Shown here piece by piece: positions 22,888 to 35,000 of a stretch of 64,000 nucleotides of DNA (position 1 is the stretch's first letter; each line of letters opens with the position of its first letter). The stretch comes from Styela clava (lineage: Eukaryota). Location: positions 13,206,001-13,270,000 of the forward strand of contig NC_135257.1 of NCBI RefSeq assembly GCF_964204865.1, read 5' to 3'. The position numbers and the translations under genes were made by a program. The notes under the pieces were generated by a model, which did not search any database, was not told the DNA's origin, and saw only the letters and a list, made by a program, of their open reading frames with translations.

Positions 22888-25428
22888 ATGGAGCAAAAAT
22901 TTGGTGACAAGTTAGGCTCGTTAGATTTAACTGATGATGAGATCAAGAGACTTGGTGAATGCATGAAAGATGATAAGTTTATGGATCTTCTCCGCGATTA
23001 TACAATGGCAATTAGTGATCCAGAAAACAAAAAGAAGTATGAAGAAGAAATAGCAATGCTTGAAATAGAAAGAGGAAACGATGTCAAGTTTATCCATCCT
23101 TGTCCTGGTCATGTACTGAAAACAAGCAGAAATGGAGAAGATAAATGCTTTATCAATATATGTTCAAGTCCAAAAGTCGGGAAACCAGTCAGTAAAGCAA
23201 CAGTTCAAGGTGCTACTCGTGGCATGCAATGGTCTATTCCTCACAGTCTATCACAACCAAGAGAAGACAAGGATAAAGCGGGAGGGAATTGTTTTGTGTA
23301 TGATGTTGTCTTTCATCCTGATACTTATCATATGTCGGAGAAAAATACAAGATTCCGTAAAATGATTCATGACATGGCGCTTGATGCGGTTGAACGTCTT
23401 TTCAGTGTGACGTTGGACAAAATTAATGTCAAAAAGCCAAAAATGAAGTTCAAAGGACTACCTCAAGCTTCAATAATAAGAACTCCGAGGGAGGATACAA
23501 GAGAGCTTGATGCCAAGATTGATGACCCAGATGATCCTCTTAAAGTTCCATATCCTCCTACGCCAAATGGTCATGCACAAAAAGACACTGGAGCATCTAC
23601 TAAAGCTAAAGAAAATGCTTCTGAAACTCCAAAAACACAGTCAAATAATAAATGTGACCACAAATTATTTAGGGAAGGACAATCAGATATTCTTCCTATT
23701 GTTTCGAGTGTTGTTGAAATTCAAAAAGAGGAATATGTGGAGCCTAAATACACTATCGCACATCGAGGATATTTTGAAATGAGTGATTATTACAATGTCA
23801 ATGAAAATAAAGTGCATTCTACTCGTCCCCGTGAGATTATTATGAACATAGAGTTGCCTATGCTGAAAGCAGCTTCTGCTTTGCATCTCGAAATATTTGA
23901 GGATAGGATTTTCTTGGAATGTGCCAAACCAGTCAAATATAAATTGAGCTTGAACCTTCCCTATGGAGTGGATGACAGCAAAGGTCATGCCAGATTTGAT
24001 AAAAGCAAGCGACGTTTAACAATCACACTTGAAGTTCTTCCACCAAAAAGATTGCAACTTCCGGCAATAGTTTCACAGGATGAAAATGCTTGCGGTTCTT
24101 GTTTCCAGAAAGAAGGGGAAAGCAAATCTGAACCAAAGAAAGAACAAAATGAAGACCCTTCTGAAAATGATTTGCTACCATCTGACCATCCAAGTGGTCT
24201 AGTTCATGGACGTACACAATGTAGGCATCAAAATCATGGGGAGCTGTGGGATGTTAAATATGAAAATGACTGGAACAAAGAGACTGACCTGGGAATGCTT
24301 TCTAACCCTTCACCATTCTTAGTTGAAAAATTATTAAATTATGAAATGGGAAAAAAGAAACCAAAATATGTGAAAGTACGTCCACAAATTTTTTATCACC
24401 AAGATGAAGCTTATGTAACCATAATTGTGAATATTAAACTTATCGATTCAAAGAAATTGTGGTACGTTTTGCAACACAATTGCCTTCAGTTTTCCTGCAT
24501 GACAGACACCGATGAATTCAGCCCAGATTCAACTCGTAACATATATCAGTTCATGCTAAGTTTCAACGAAAATGATTTTGTCGACCCAAGACGATCTCGA
24601 GTAGATATTTCTTCTGAAAATGCAGTATTTTTACTCAGAAAGCATCTCATTAGTTGGCATGAATGGCAGACAGTGAAAATGGGATTTGATTCTACTATGT
24701 TAAAAACAATCTCATTTGCAACTGAACAAAATATTAACGACCTCATTACATCAGTTGAATCTCAAGTACAGAAGAACCGAACCCGAGAGTTTGAGTGTGA
24801 AAATATTTCTGATGGACAGAATTCAGAGCTACTTGCGTTGAAATTACTCCCTAAAGAGATTACCGATGAAGAGCGATTGCCCGGAGCAGAAGACGTGGTC
24901 GACGAACAGAATGTAGGTCACTTACCTGGACTTGAACCCGATCTCGTAGAGGCTCGTAAAGATAGAGATGAAAAAAAGAAACGCTCAATAAGGATCGATC
25001 ATGAAAGAGTTATGTCAAAGACTTTAAACCTTGCCGGAAGCCATTTTGAAGTAGAAACGGATGAAGATGATGATTCTGATACTTATGAAACGGCTGATTC
25101 TTCATCTGAAGAGGAGAAGATACTTCGTTTTCGGAGAACTCGGAATGATTCTACTAGTCATGAGAATGCAACTCGAAAAAAAGACTCTCAAAGCAAAGAA
25201 AAAGTGGAAGAGGAGAAAGATGAATGCTTTGAGGAGGTGTTGGCAAAAATCAATGCAAACGCTTTTCAGAAACTCAATAAAATGCAAGAAGATGCCAGAA
25301 AAAGAAATGAAACTATAATTTTCCGTGAATTTAAGAGAGGAGGTGGGGAGGAAAAAAAGACATTTACAAATCACTCTACTCGAACTAGAATTCGTCTCAA
25401 TAATGAAATGCTGTTTGAAACTGATTAA
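22888..25428 (+). CDS. DNAAF2: Dynein axonemal assembly factor 2 (kintoun/PF13), single-exon CDS
   Basis: 846-aa ORF with N-terminal PIH1 domain (YEEEIAMLEIERG, FIHPCPGHVLKT, KCFINICS, WSIPHSL, YDVVFHPDT), CS domain (RPREIIMNIELP...AxFDKSKRRLTITL) and conserved C-terminus (NHS...NEMLFETD). Confidence 0.94.
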   Translation: MEQKFGDKLGSLDLTDDEIKRLGECMKDDKFMDLLRDYTMAISDPENKKKYEEEIAMLEIERGNDVKFIHPCPGHVLKTSRNGEDKCFINICSSPKVGKPVSKATVQGATRGMQWSIPHSLSQPREDKDKAGGNCFVYDVVFHPDTYHMSEKNTRFRKMIHDMALDAVERLFSVTLDKINVKKPKMKFKGLPQASIIRTPREDTRELDAKIDDPDDPLKVPYPPTPNGHAQKDTGASTKAKENASETPKTQSNNKCDHKLFREGQSDILPIVSSVVEIQKEEYVEPKYTIAHRGYFEMSDYYNVNENKVHSTRPREIIMNIELPMLKAASALHLEIFEDRIFLECAKPVKYKLSLNLPYGVDDSKGHARFDKSKRRLTITLEVLPPKRLQLPAIVSQDENACGSCFQKEGESKSEPKKEQNEDPSENDLLPSDHPSGLVHGRTQCRHQNHGELWDVKYENDWNKETDLGMLSNPSPFLVEKLLNYEMGKKKPKYVKVRPQIFYHQDEAYVTIIVNIKLIDSKKLWYVLQHNCLQFSCMTDTDEFSPDSTRNIYQFMLSFNENDFVDPRRSRVDISSENAVFLLRKHLISWHEWQTVKMGFDSTMLKTISFATEQNINDLITSVESQVQKNRTREFECENISDGQNSELLALKLLPKEITDEERLPGAEDVVDEQNVGHLPGLEPDLVEARKDRDEKKKRSIRIDHERVMSKTLNLAGSHFEVETDEDDDSDTYETADSSSEEEKILRFRRTRNDSTSHENATRKKDSQSKEKVEEEKDECFEEVLAKINANAFQKLNKMQEDARKRNETIIFREFKRGGGEEKKTFTNHSTRTRIRLNNEMLFETD

Positions 25429-26036
25429 TTTGTGTTTATTTTTGTGGCTTTTTTGGTGCCTGTTAATAATACAAGTAGTGTGATTTATTACTTGTTGTGG
25501 AATTTGTCATGTCTGAAATTGTTAATGTAGAAAAACAACATTTGCATATGATCACAGTTCGCTGTTGAATTTTATAATCATCATTTTGAATGATAAACAA
25601 TCTGGCTTTGCTCATCTTTGGATCTTACCTGATTGAATTTGTGTCTATATATTTCTGTTGTGCATCAACAAATTGTCTTGTTTGCATTTTTGCTAACATT
25701 AATTTTGAATTTGTATAAATGCAAGTGTTCTATTAGCATTTCAAAAATGTAGTTGAAAGATAATGAAATGTAACCTGTTCAAGTCTGTTTATAATTCAAC
25801 TTCTTTGTGTGATATTTTCTTCTTGCCTTTTGCTCATAATCTATAAGCTTAGGTGGGAATTTTGGTTTATTGGTTTCGACTATATAGTAGTTATTTGAAC
25901 CTGTGTACACTGTATTTCTATTTATTTTTAGGAAGTAATAGTTACTTAAAATGCAGTCATTTAGTTAGTTATTCATAAGGCATAAGAATTGATGAATGAT
26001 GTTTTCACTGTAAAGTAATCTTCTACATCTGGTCTG

Positions 26037-29000
26037 ATGGCCACATACGATAACACAGTGCAAGGTTTCAAACTATTCTTAGAGGATTACACAAAGACAG
26101 ATTGTCCTACTGATGAAACACCTTTGCCTTTTCGTCCTCAATCATTTATCCTGACTGAAGATGAAATTAAAGGGGATGTGTTGGATTCATGTCTGAATGT
26201 ATTAGACACTGCGTAAGTTTATTCAATTCTATTCTCTTAATTCTGCACCTCCGGTTGAAACAATTACTGTATATTTTTAGGTTCATATTTCAAACGTTGA
26301 ATAGACCTATGTTGGTATTTGCTGACATTTCTAATGTCTATACAGACAGTCTTTTTCAGGGTAATTCTAAAGAGCAGTTAATATATAGTATATATTTCAC
26401 ACATGAAACAAATATTATTGTCGTCTATTTGAAAATTGGTTGGGATCAAAGAGGGAAACATTTTTTTAATTCTCGAATTAAATCTTATCAAAATATTGTG
26501 TTGGCATAGCAGAAAGATATTTTGTTTATTAGCCATAGAATGGGTTTCTTTATTAGTATGATAGGAACTTGTGGTAGTTATTCAAAATTTGTCCCAACCT
26601 ATGTAATTCAATACATATACGATTGATGGTGTTGAAATTTTTAATAATTTGAATATTCTCAAATCCTGTACGTATTATTTGCAATATACAAAAAAGTTAT
26701 TCGTATTAAATTATTCTGTAACCTCTACATTTGATAAATTGATTGGTTGACTTGTTTCAATGAATGTGTGTTACTGAAGTTTATATATTCGCCTTTATAT
26801 TTGTGTTGAATACGGTACTTTTATTTAGTCTAATTCATAATGTATGTTATTATCATTTTCTATTATAGGTAATTTAATAATTGAAAAAGTAGTCTGTTTG
26901 TCTTGTCAAAGGGTGGAAATTGGCTATTACAAAACTATGACATATTTATAATTTTCCCCCCTATTTGTTATGAACTGAAAGAATTTATGAACTTCACTAC
27001 AGATCGGTCGTTGCCAATAACTCTAGGTTAATCTTTAACCAAATCTGGCAGTAACAGCGCGATGAAGTGATGCTTGTACACAATAGCTTTTGTTTGATAA
27101 TATCATTCATATCCAAATAAAAGCAGATTTCAATGGTTTCATTTTTATATATTGTTCTTGTACATTTATCCACCAATATAAAACATCCGCACCTTGAAGG
27201 ATATTTACCGACAGACAAGAAAAGTTTGTTTTTGAATGTTTGCACTGAAAATAAAGAAATTTTAATTATGGTAATAAATCTAAATGTATTATGTTTGTTT
27301 TTGCAATAAAATAGAGTGTTGGCTGTTGCCACACAAACTTTCTTTGAACATCGTCTGAGTAAATAATGGAAAATTGAGTTTTCCTAATCTTATTATTATA
27401 TTTCTAAAATTCCTACAGTCTTCAAATTCATCAAATAGTTTAGAAATTATTTTACCAACGCATATTACATTACAATTGTTATACCAAAGTTTAATATCGA
27501 GACATCATATAGGTGACCCCCAAAAAATAAACCTATATTTTTCGAAAATGAAAAAAATTTATTTAACAAATAAAACTTCTTTTTGTATTGTATTATGTTG
27601 TTTGTATTATGATTGTACCTAAAAGTTTCAGTAATTTTAGACGCTTTGCACAAAACGATTTCAACTCAGCGAGAAATGTGAAATTTACCTTGCAAAGAAT
27701 ATCAGTTTTGGTGAACTAATACTATGATATTGAAGTGTATTAAATTGGATTGGGCCATCTACCTGTGATATAGTACATATCTATTACTCTAGTCTCTTAA
27801 AATCTCTCCTGGTTCCACTTTAAAATTATTTTGATAGGTAATTGCTAAAGGGGAATAATACAATATCATGAAGTCCGTATGATCCACATTTTTGTGGAGA
27901 AGTACCTTATATTTTTTGCCATAAAATCGCAATTTCTGGAATTTCAATTACTATTTTTCCATCAAAAGTATAATTCAAAATGCTTGAAATTCAAGTTGAA
28001 TAGGCCTATAATTTATGTTTCTGGTAATATGATGAAAAATACAATTTCTGCCAGTCAATTTTTCAGGAATTTGATATTCCTCTTACGAAAAAATTATCAC
28101 CATTCTTACACATCCATTTTCTCATGATGATTAATGTATAATGCATGTTGTGTTTGACAGTACAAATATTCTTTCAGACAATGTCCAGAGTTCCTCAAGT
28201 ATTCCATCGCAAATGAAGTCGGAAACCACGTCATAGCTGGCGGTCTAGAACAATACAAAAAAGAAATTCAGAATGTAGATTTCGAAACACCATGCACTTG
28301 TGAGCATTAAATTGTATTGTCCAAATTCATTTCCTCCATATAGCATTGTTTAAGGTACTTCGAAGTATGTGAACCAAGATGGCGGACACTGAAACGTAGT
28401 ATGTGTACCTGGTTAGGGTTAGGCCATAATTTCAGGTACAAATACTACGGGAGTCACTTGGCTAGTCCCCGAACTTGTAATAGAACCAAAATAAGGAAAA
28501 TTGGAATAAACTTATGGCCTAACCCTAACCTGGTACACATACTACATTTCAGTGTCCGCCATCTTGGTTCACATACTTTGGGAGTATCTTAAATAAGGTA
28601 TGTTTTTAGTGCATGGTAGTTAATAATTTTGTTTTCGTTCCCAGATTATTCAGCAATAGCAATTGCCAAAGTATCTGTCATTGAAGTTCATCACTTATGC
28701 GAAAAATGGAAAAATGATTTTCCCGGTTTTAAAATTCCAGTGTTACCCACTTATTCTGTGTGCGGGATTAAAAATACTCGACGGAAAATGGAAGACAGGC
28801 ACACTGTGATCACTGACCTCAATGCATTACTTGATATAAAAGTAGGTTCATTTACATTGTACTTTTTATCCTATTCTATTATATATGGAATATTGGGTTT
28901 CTTCTTAGTCCTACCACTGCTACCAGGGATTCCTACGTAGACATTTTGTTTTCTACTCTGAAATATATTTTATTTTAATTTGTTTATATTTTTTGCCCTA

Positions 29001-32000
29001 AAATGAAATGCTGAAATTTTCTGAATTTTTTATTGATTGATAACATTTACTACTGGTATTTAGAATTAAAAAAAAAACAGTAATCAGCTAGCAATATTGT
29101 AAATCTTGCTAGCTGATTACTATTTTTTTTGCAAATTTTAAACACCAGTAATAAATTTTTAGTGATTTATTTCAGATTCAGATCAAATACATATTTACTG
29201 AGTTTAAAAAAATATCGATTGTATAAAATTTCCAATGTATTCAATATTCGATAATTCAATATTTCTGAAGTTAATTAAAAATGAACAAATACCTATCTTT
29301 GAAGACTAATGTAGTATCTCTTGTAATTTTCATACATCGTATTCACAATAATTTTGCAATTCAAATATTTAAGGACATGCCACACACACAGTATTATGGG
29401 GTATTCGATGGTCATGGTGGATTGGATGCTTCTGTCTATTCTTCAAAATTTTTGCACTTGAGACTTGCTCAGCATGAATTGTTTAAAACCGATGTACAAC
29501 AAGCTCTTAAAGATACCATTCTACAGCTCGATAAAGATTATTGCGACAAGTCACAACGGGATGTAAGTCTTATCTTGTTCAGTGTTAATAAATGTTTGTG
29601 TATTATTTCTTGGAAGTTAACAAGTATGATAAAAACACAATTCAATCGAAAGTTTGTGACATGAAATTTTTTCTTTATATCTATCAATGGGGGCAAATTA
29701 AGACAAATGGGATGAATGTTGAATTTTTGATAAAAATTTCATTTGAAAAGACGCAGTTTTTTTTTTAAGATGGTTTATTTTTAATCATAATTGCGGCAAT
29801 ATTGATCAAATTATTTCGATAAAAAGTTATAGGAAATTGATGAAAATCAAAAATGATATTTTCTAATTTATTCAAAACAGCTTTTTCAAGTTTCGGCCTT
29901 GTGGATCAAAGCCCTCAAATAGTAGGATATCAGTGATCATTATGTTATATATTGCATTGCCACACATCCAGCAACATTGCTCTCATTTTTCATCTCATGT
30001 TTCTGCTAAATCTCAAACATTGCATAAGGATTTTATTCTGTTCTGACAGTTTGTGGTCACTTTTGACCCACAAGTCATCTCCGGAATGCTTTGAAACACA
30101 AATAAATCTTTGTTATTTTAGATTTGTTGGTTCTTGTGCTCAGTCTAATTTCTTCGAGTGCTTTTAACAATAGTAATATAATATATTTAATGCCCACATT
30201 ATTAATATTATTAGTATAAAATGATGCTATTAAATATTCCTGACCCGTTATCAAAGGAGTTGTCGGATATAATTTCAAATAATTCATAGTATCTTTTGTG
30301 ATAAATGTGGACATCGTGGCAAAAGCATTACAGCAAACTATGAGGTTAAAATCTCGATTTCAAATTCCATGCCCATCACCCAGGATGTAATAAACTGGGT
30401 GGACAATGCTAACCCAGAATGATTTCTGACCTTCCAAATTATCGTAGCTCCTTACCTAGCAGTGGCTGCTTGTACAAAGCCTATTTTAGAGCAAAATGGT
30501 AATATAAATCAATAGTGATATAAAATTATACAATGTTATAAAGCATTATAAAGAATCACTGCACATAATTACCTAATTTGTCTCTGCATTAGTTTTATTA
30601 AACCAGTTTTATAAATATATTTACAGAACTTGAGAAGTGGTACTACAGCAGTTATTGCTGTCATCAGAGAAAATAACCTATATGTTGCTTGGATTGGTGA
30701 CAGTCAAGCTGTCTTGGTTCGAGATGGTAATCCTGTTCAAGTTAGTCTTTAATTTACCTTTTTGGTTGCGGATAGGTAAACTATTGACTTTTTTTAAACA
30801 ATACATTTCGCCTATGTTTGTGTCACTTTGTACATATATAATACAGAGCAAATTCTTCTTTTTTTATTTATTAAATTGACTCAAATAACAGATGCTTGAA
30901 TTTGTGTTTATTGTATTGTTCAATACTAATAGGTCACAAATGTTGCAATAATATCTCCAGTACATAATTACATGCAATTATGGCATTTAGGTGTTTCACA
31001 CAGGTTCGTATGAATCCGATCTTGCAATGTCGAGAAAATTAGCAAGCCTTTACCTATTTTAAGACATTAGGTGACATTGGCTCAGATGCACCAAAGCTAA
31101 CGACTGGCGTTATATTTGAAAGTTCGAATGTTTTATATAAGATCCATGTAAAGAGTGTCATGTTATTGTTTGTGTCATTGTTCTTATCATGTAATTTGAT
31201 GTTAAGTTCAGTTATTGTTATCTGTACTCCCGAAGTATGTGTACCAGGTTAGGGTTAGGCCATAATTTCAGGTACAAATACTACGGGAGACACTTGCTAG
31301 TCCTCGAACTCGTAATAGAACTAAAATAAGGAAAATTGGAATAAAATTATGGCCTAACCCTAACCTGGTACACATACTACGTTCCGGTGTCCACCATGTT
31401 TGACAAACCATGTTAACTTTAGCAGTTTTTATCATGGCTTACTGTAAAACAGGTCCATAGGCATCGCTCTATGCTTTTGCTATAAAAAATGTAGGTGCTT
31501 ATTGTGACATCACTGTTGGGTTTTAGCTTATTTCACTCAATACCACCACATGACCAAACTCAAAAATCCAGTGAAAGGAGCTTTAAAGTTTCATGAAAAA
31601 TGTATATATATATATCGACATGGGGTCACACTGGACACTTGAAAGTTGTCTTTGGGGTCATCCTGTAAAAAGCTTGGTTTAGTTCATATATTTCGTGTAC
31701 ATGTTCTGTGTGTAATATTCTTCCTGAACTCTCTTCCAACGCATTAATTTTCATAGTTGATGGAACCACACAAGCCTGACAGAGAAGATGAAAAGCATAG
31801 AATAGAAGAATTAGGTGGATGTGTTATTTGGTTTGGTGCTTGGAGAGTCAATGGCACATTATCAGTCTCAAGAGCGATAGGTGAGTGTTTTAACCAGAGA
31901 TGTCTAAACTGGATAGAATATTCGAATCAATTCTAAAAATATTGTATTATATGTTTTGTATTTCTGATTTTGAAAATATTTTAGGATATTTTATTTGGAA

Positions 32001-35000
32001 AATAATCATTTTGGGAAATTGAAGTTTTACCTAACCAAATTTCTGAAAACTGTAAAAGATATAGAAAACCAAATGTTCGATTGTACCAAAAAGTTTCAGT
32101 AATCTATGACGCTCTGCACTAACGTCATATAGAAGTCTAGATACCTGGGTCTGTTTGTGGGGGCATGGGGGTCATCCCGTACTTGGATTATTTTATTTTT
32201 TTTATACCTTGGATTTTGGTCATGAAATAATTAATTTTTTCATTGATTGAAGAATTTGGTAGAGCAATTGTATTTTTATTTTCAAGTAACTAACTTTTAT
32301 AATATGATCTGTATTTTATTTCTCTACCAGGAGATGCTGATTACAAACCTTTTGTATGTGGGGATGCTGACACAACTATGAAAGAATTTAACAATACAGA
32401 AGATTATCTTTGTCTTGCTTGTGATGGTTTCTGGGATGTTTTTGATGGCGAACAGCTTTCTAAGTTGGTGAGATATAGTTGCTTTTAAAGAGGTGGAAGT
32501 TCTCAGAGTCAAGTTCTGATTTTTGTTGGGCAACCAAACCCAAAGTCAGATGTATGAGACTATTATACATTTTTCTTGAATACACAGTTCCAGTGGCTTT
32601 GCATGTAAATTTGTAATGCGTATTCACAATATATATATAAATTTCTCATTTTCAACCTTTTGCGTTAAGTCTTTTGGTTTGAAATTGGAAAATGTGGATG
32701 TATATAGACCAGTGTTTCCCAACCTTTTTTCGTCGCGGACTCCTTTCTCACCAGGGAAAATCTTTGTGGACTCGATGTGCGTTCATTTTGTAACCGAACT
32801 CTGTGCGAAGAAGCAATGAAATCAAAAACAACAGAATTTTAACGAAGTAGGTTTATTATCCACATTCACCAATTTTTTTAATGGGAAGTGGGAACCATAG
32901 CGAGACAAACTTAAAATATATTATGCGATCACTGAGGACAATTTGCTGAGGAAAATTATAGGAAGGAATTTGAACCTAAAATTTTCAAACAAATTCATTC
33001 TGATTATTATCTTTCATGCCGGCTTTGATTGTCCTTCGTAAAATTAAAAATTAACAATATCTTTATTTCTATCGAGTCTATGTTATTTTTGCTTCAAAAC
33101 AAAACCTCTGGAATGTTTTCACTGTGTATTCGTTGAAATCTGATAGAATTCACCTAATGGTACTTCATATTCAAATTAATATATCCGTTCGAAAATATTT
33201 GAAATTTACTTTTTGTTATTTGTATTGGTGATTCGAATTTTACCAAATGGCCCACTAGAAAAATGTGAAACTCACATGATATGGGTGCACAATAAGATCA
33301 TTTAAAAATTGGAGCAACGATGTTACAGGAAACAAATGATAAAAAAAAAATTTCAACGTAAGTGAAAGGTTCGTGTAGATTTGTGTTTTTGTCAGAAAAC
33401 GGCAAGTGCCTTATGCAATCCAATTGTTTGATTCAGCGAGGCGCGATTGACGCGCTGTGTCCAAGTCACATGTTACTAGGTATTCTAATAGGTTGCTGTT
33501 CAAACATTTTGCCCGACCCTTACTCAGTAATCGGTAATTATTGACTCGATTAATTTTATGTGAATAAACTTGCCTTTTATGTTCTATGTAAATACTAATG
33601 TAAATCGTAACTTGGCTGGTACTTAAGTCTCGTAAGAACGTTTTCGCCCCGCAGTGAATTTCGTGACACTAAAAAGGTCAGTGACCTACATGAAATATAC
33701 TACTACATAACTTTCTAAAACGGTATTGCTCATTGAGAACTCATTCAAACGCGGACTCAGGTTGGGAAACACTGATATAGACGATGAGTAAAGATGTTTT
33801 ATGAAATGTGTTTTCAAAAAAGAAAATGTTAGTGAAAATTTTAAAATCTCCATCTACAAATCTTTTTATTTTCTGGTTTTTATTTCAATATCTCAGGTAT
33901 CTGATCATATGAAAGAGACAAACGGAGACAGAAGTACTCTAGCAAGAAAACTTTGTACAAAAGCAAAAGAGGCAGGCTCGTCAGACAATATCACTGTACT
34001 TATTGTTTTTCTCAGAGATAAGATACCAATTAAGGATGAGTCAGTCAATGGAAAGGAAAAAGTCACCAACAGAGGTGATTTACTGAAACATATACCATAT
34101 TTTATGGATGATAGGGTGCACTATCAATAAATTGCTCACTTTGGGTTTTTATTCATACATAAGGTACAACAGGTACTGGTTTTAAGTGTAGGGAATAAAG
34201 CATTACCTGATTCATACATTAGACATTCGAGAGGGTGATTTTTGAAAAAAAGGGTATTTATCGTGAACGTTGTGGTCCAAGGCACACAATTTTTGAGAAA
34301 AAAAGGTGTTTGGAGCGCACCTTTATGGTTCGTAAATTGTCTGAAATAAATGTATTTTTCTTTTATTACAGATGAGGAAAATGTGGAAACAGATGAAAAA
34401 AATGGAAACAACCCTAAAATTGAAATTAATAATGGTGATACAGTTGATTTGCCAAAAAACGAGATTCCACCAGAAGGCAGTGTTATGGTCCAAGGCAGTA
34501 GACTTCAACCATCATTGAAAGACAGACCACCTCACAAAATATTTGTCAATAAACCCAATGGTCTCAATTTCAAGGTAAAATTTGAATATTTTTTCAAGCA
34601 ATTATGCAACTGGCCATTCAGTCCAAAAGTATACTGATTTGGTGGTTGGGTAATTAGATAGAATAGGTTGTCATCAGAGGATGTGTTTCGGGATAAAAAG
34701 ATGGATCAATCAAAACTTTGTCTTCATGAGAAAAATCAACGTTATATTTTGGACTTTGATACATAATTATTCAGTTGCATAAATGATCCCTAAAATTTAT
34801 GGAATAGTTTGTGTATAGCTGTCCCTATAAATATTTTTTTGCAATATTGACTTGTAAAGTTCTTGAGTTACCAGGTTTTTTAAATTACACTTTTACTAGT
34901 AGTTTCTATTTTTGAATATGCAATGTTTTAGCTCTTTATGCTACGTGTTATTCAAAGTGACATTTTGAACATAAGATTTCTAGATTCTATTTTTTTCAGG

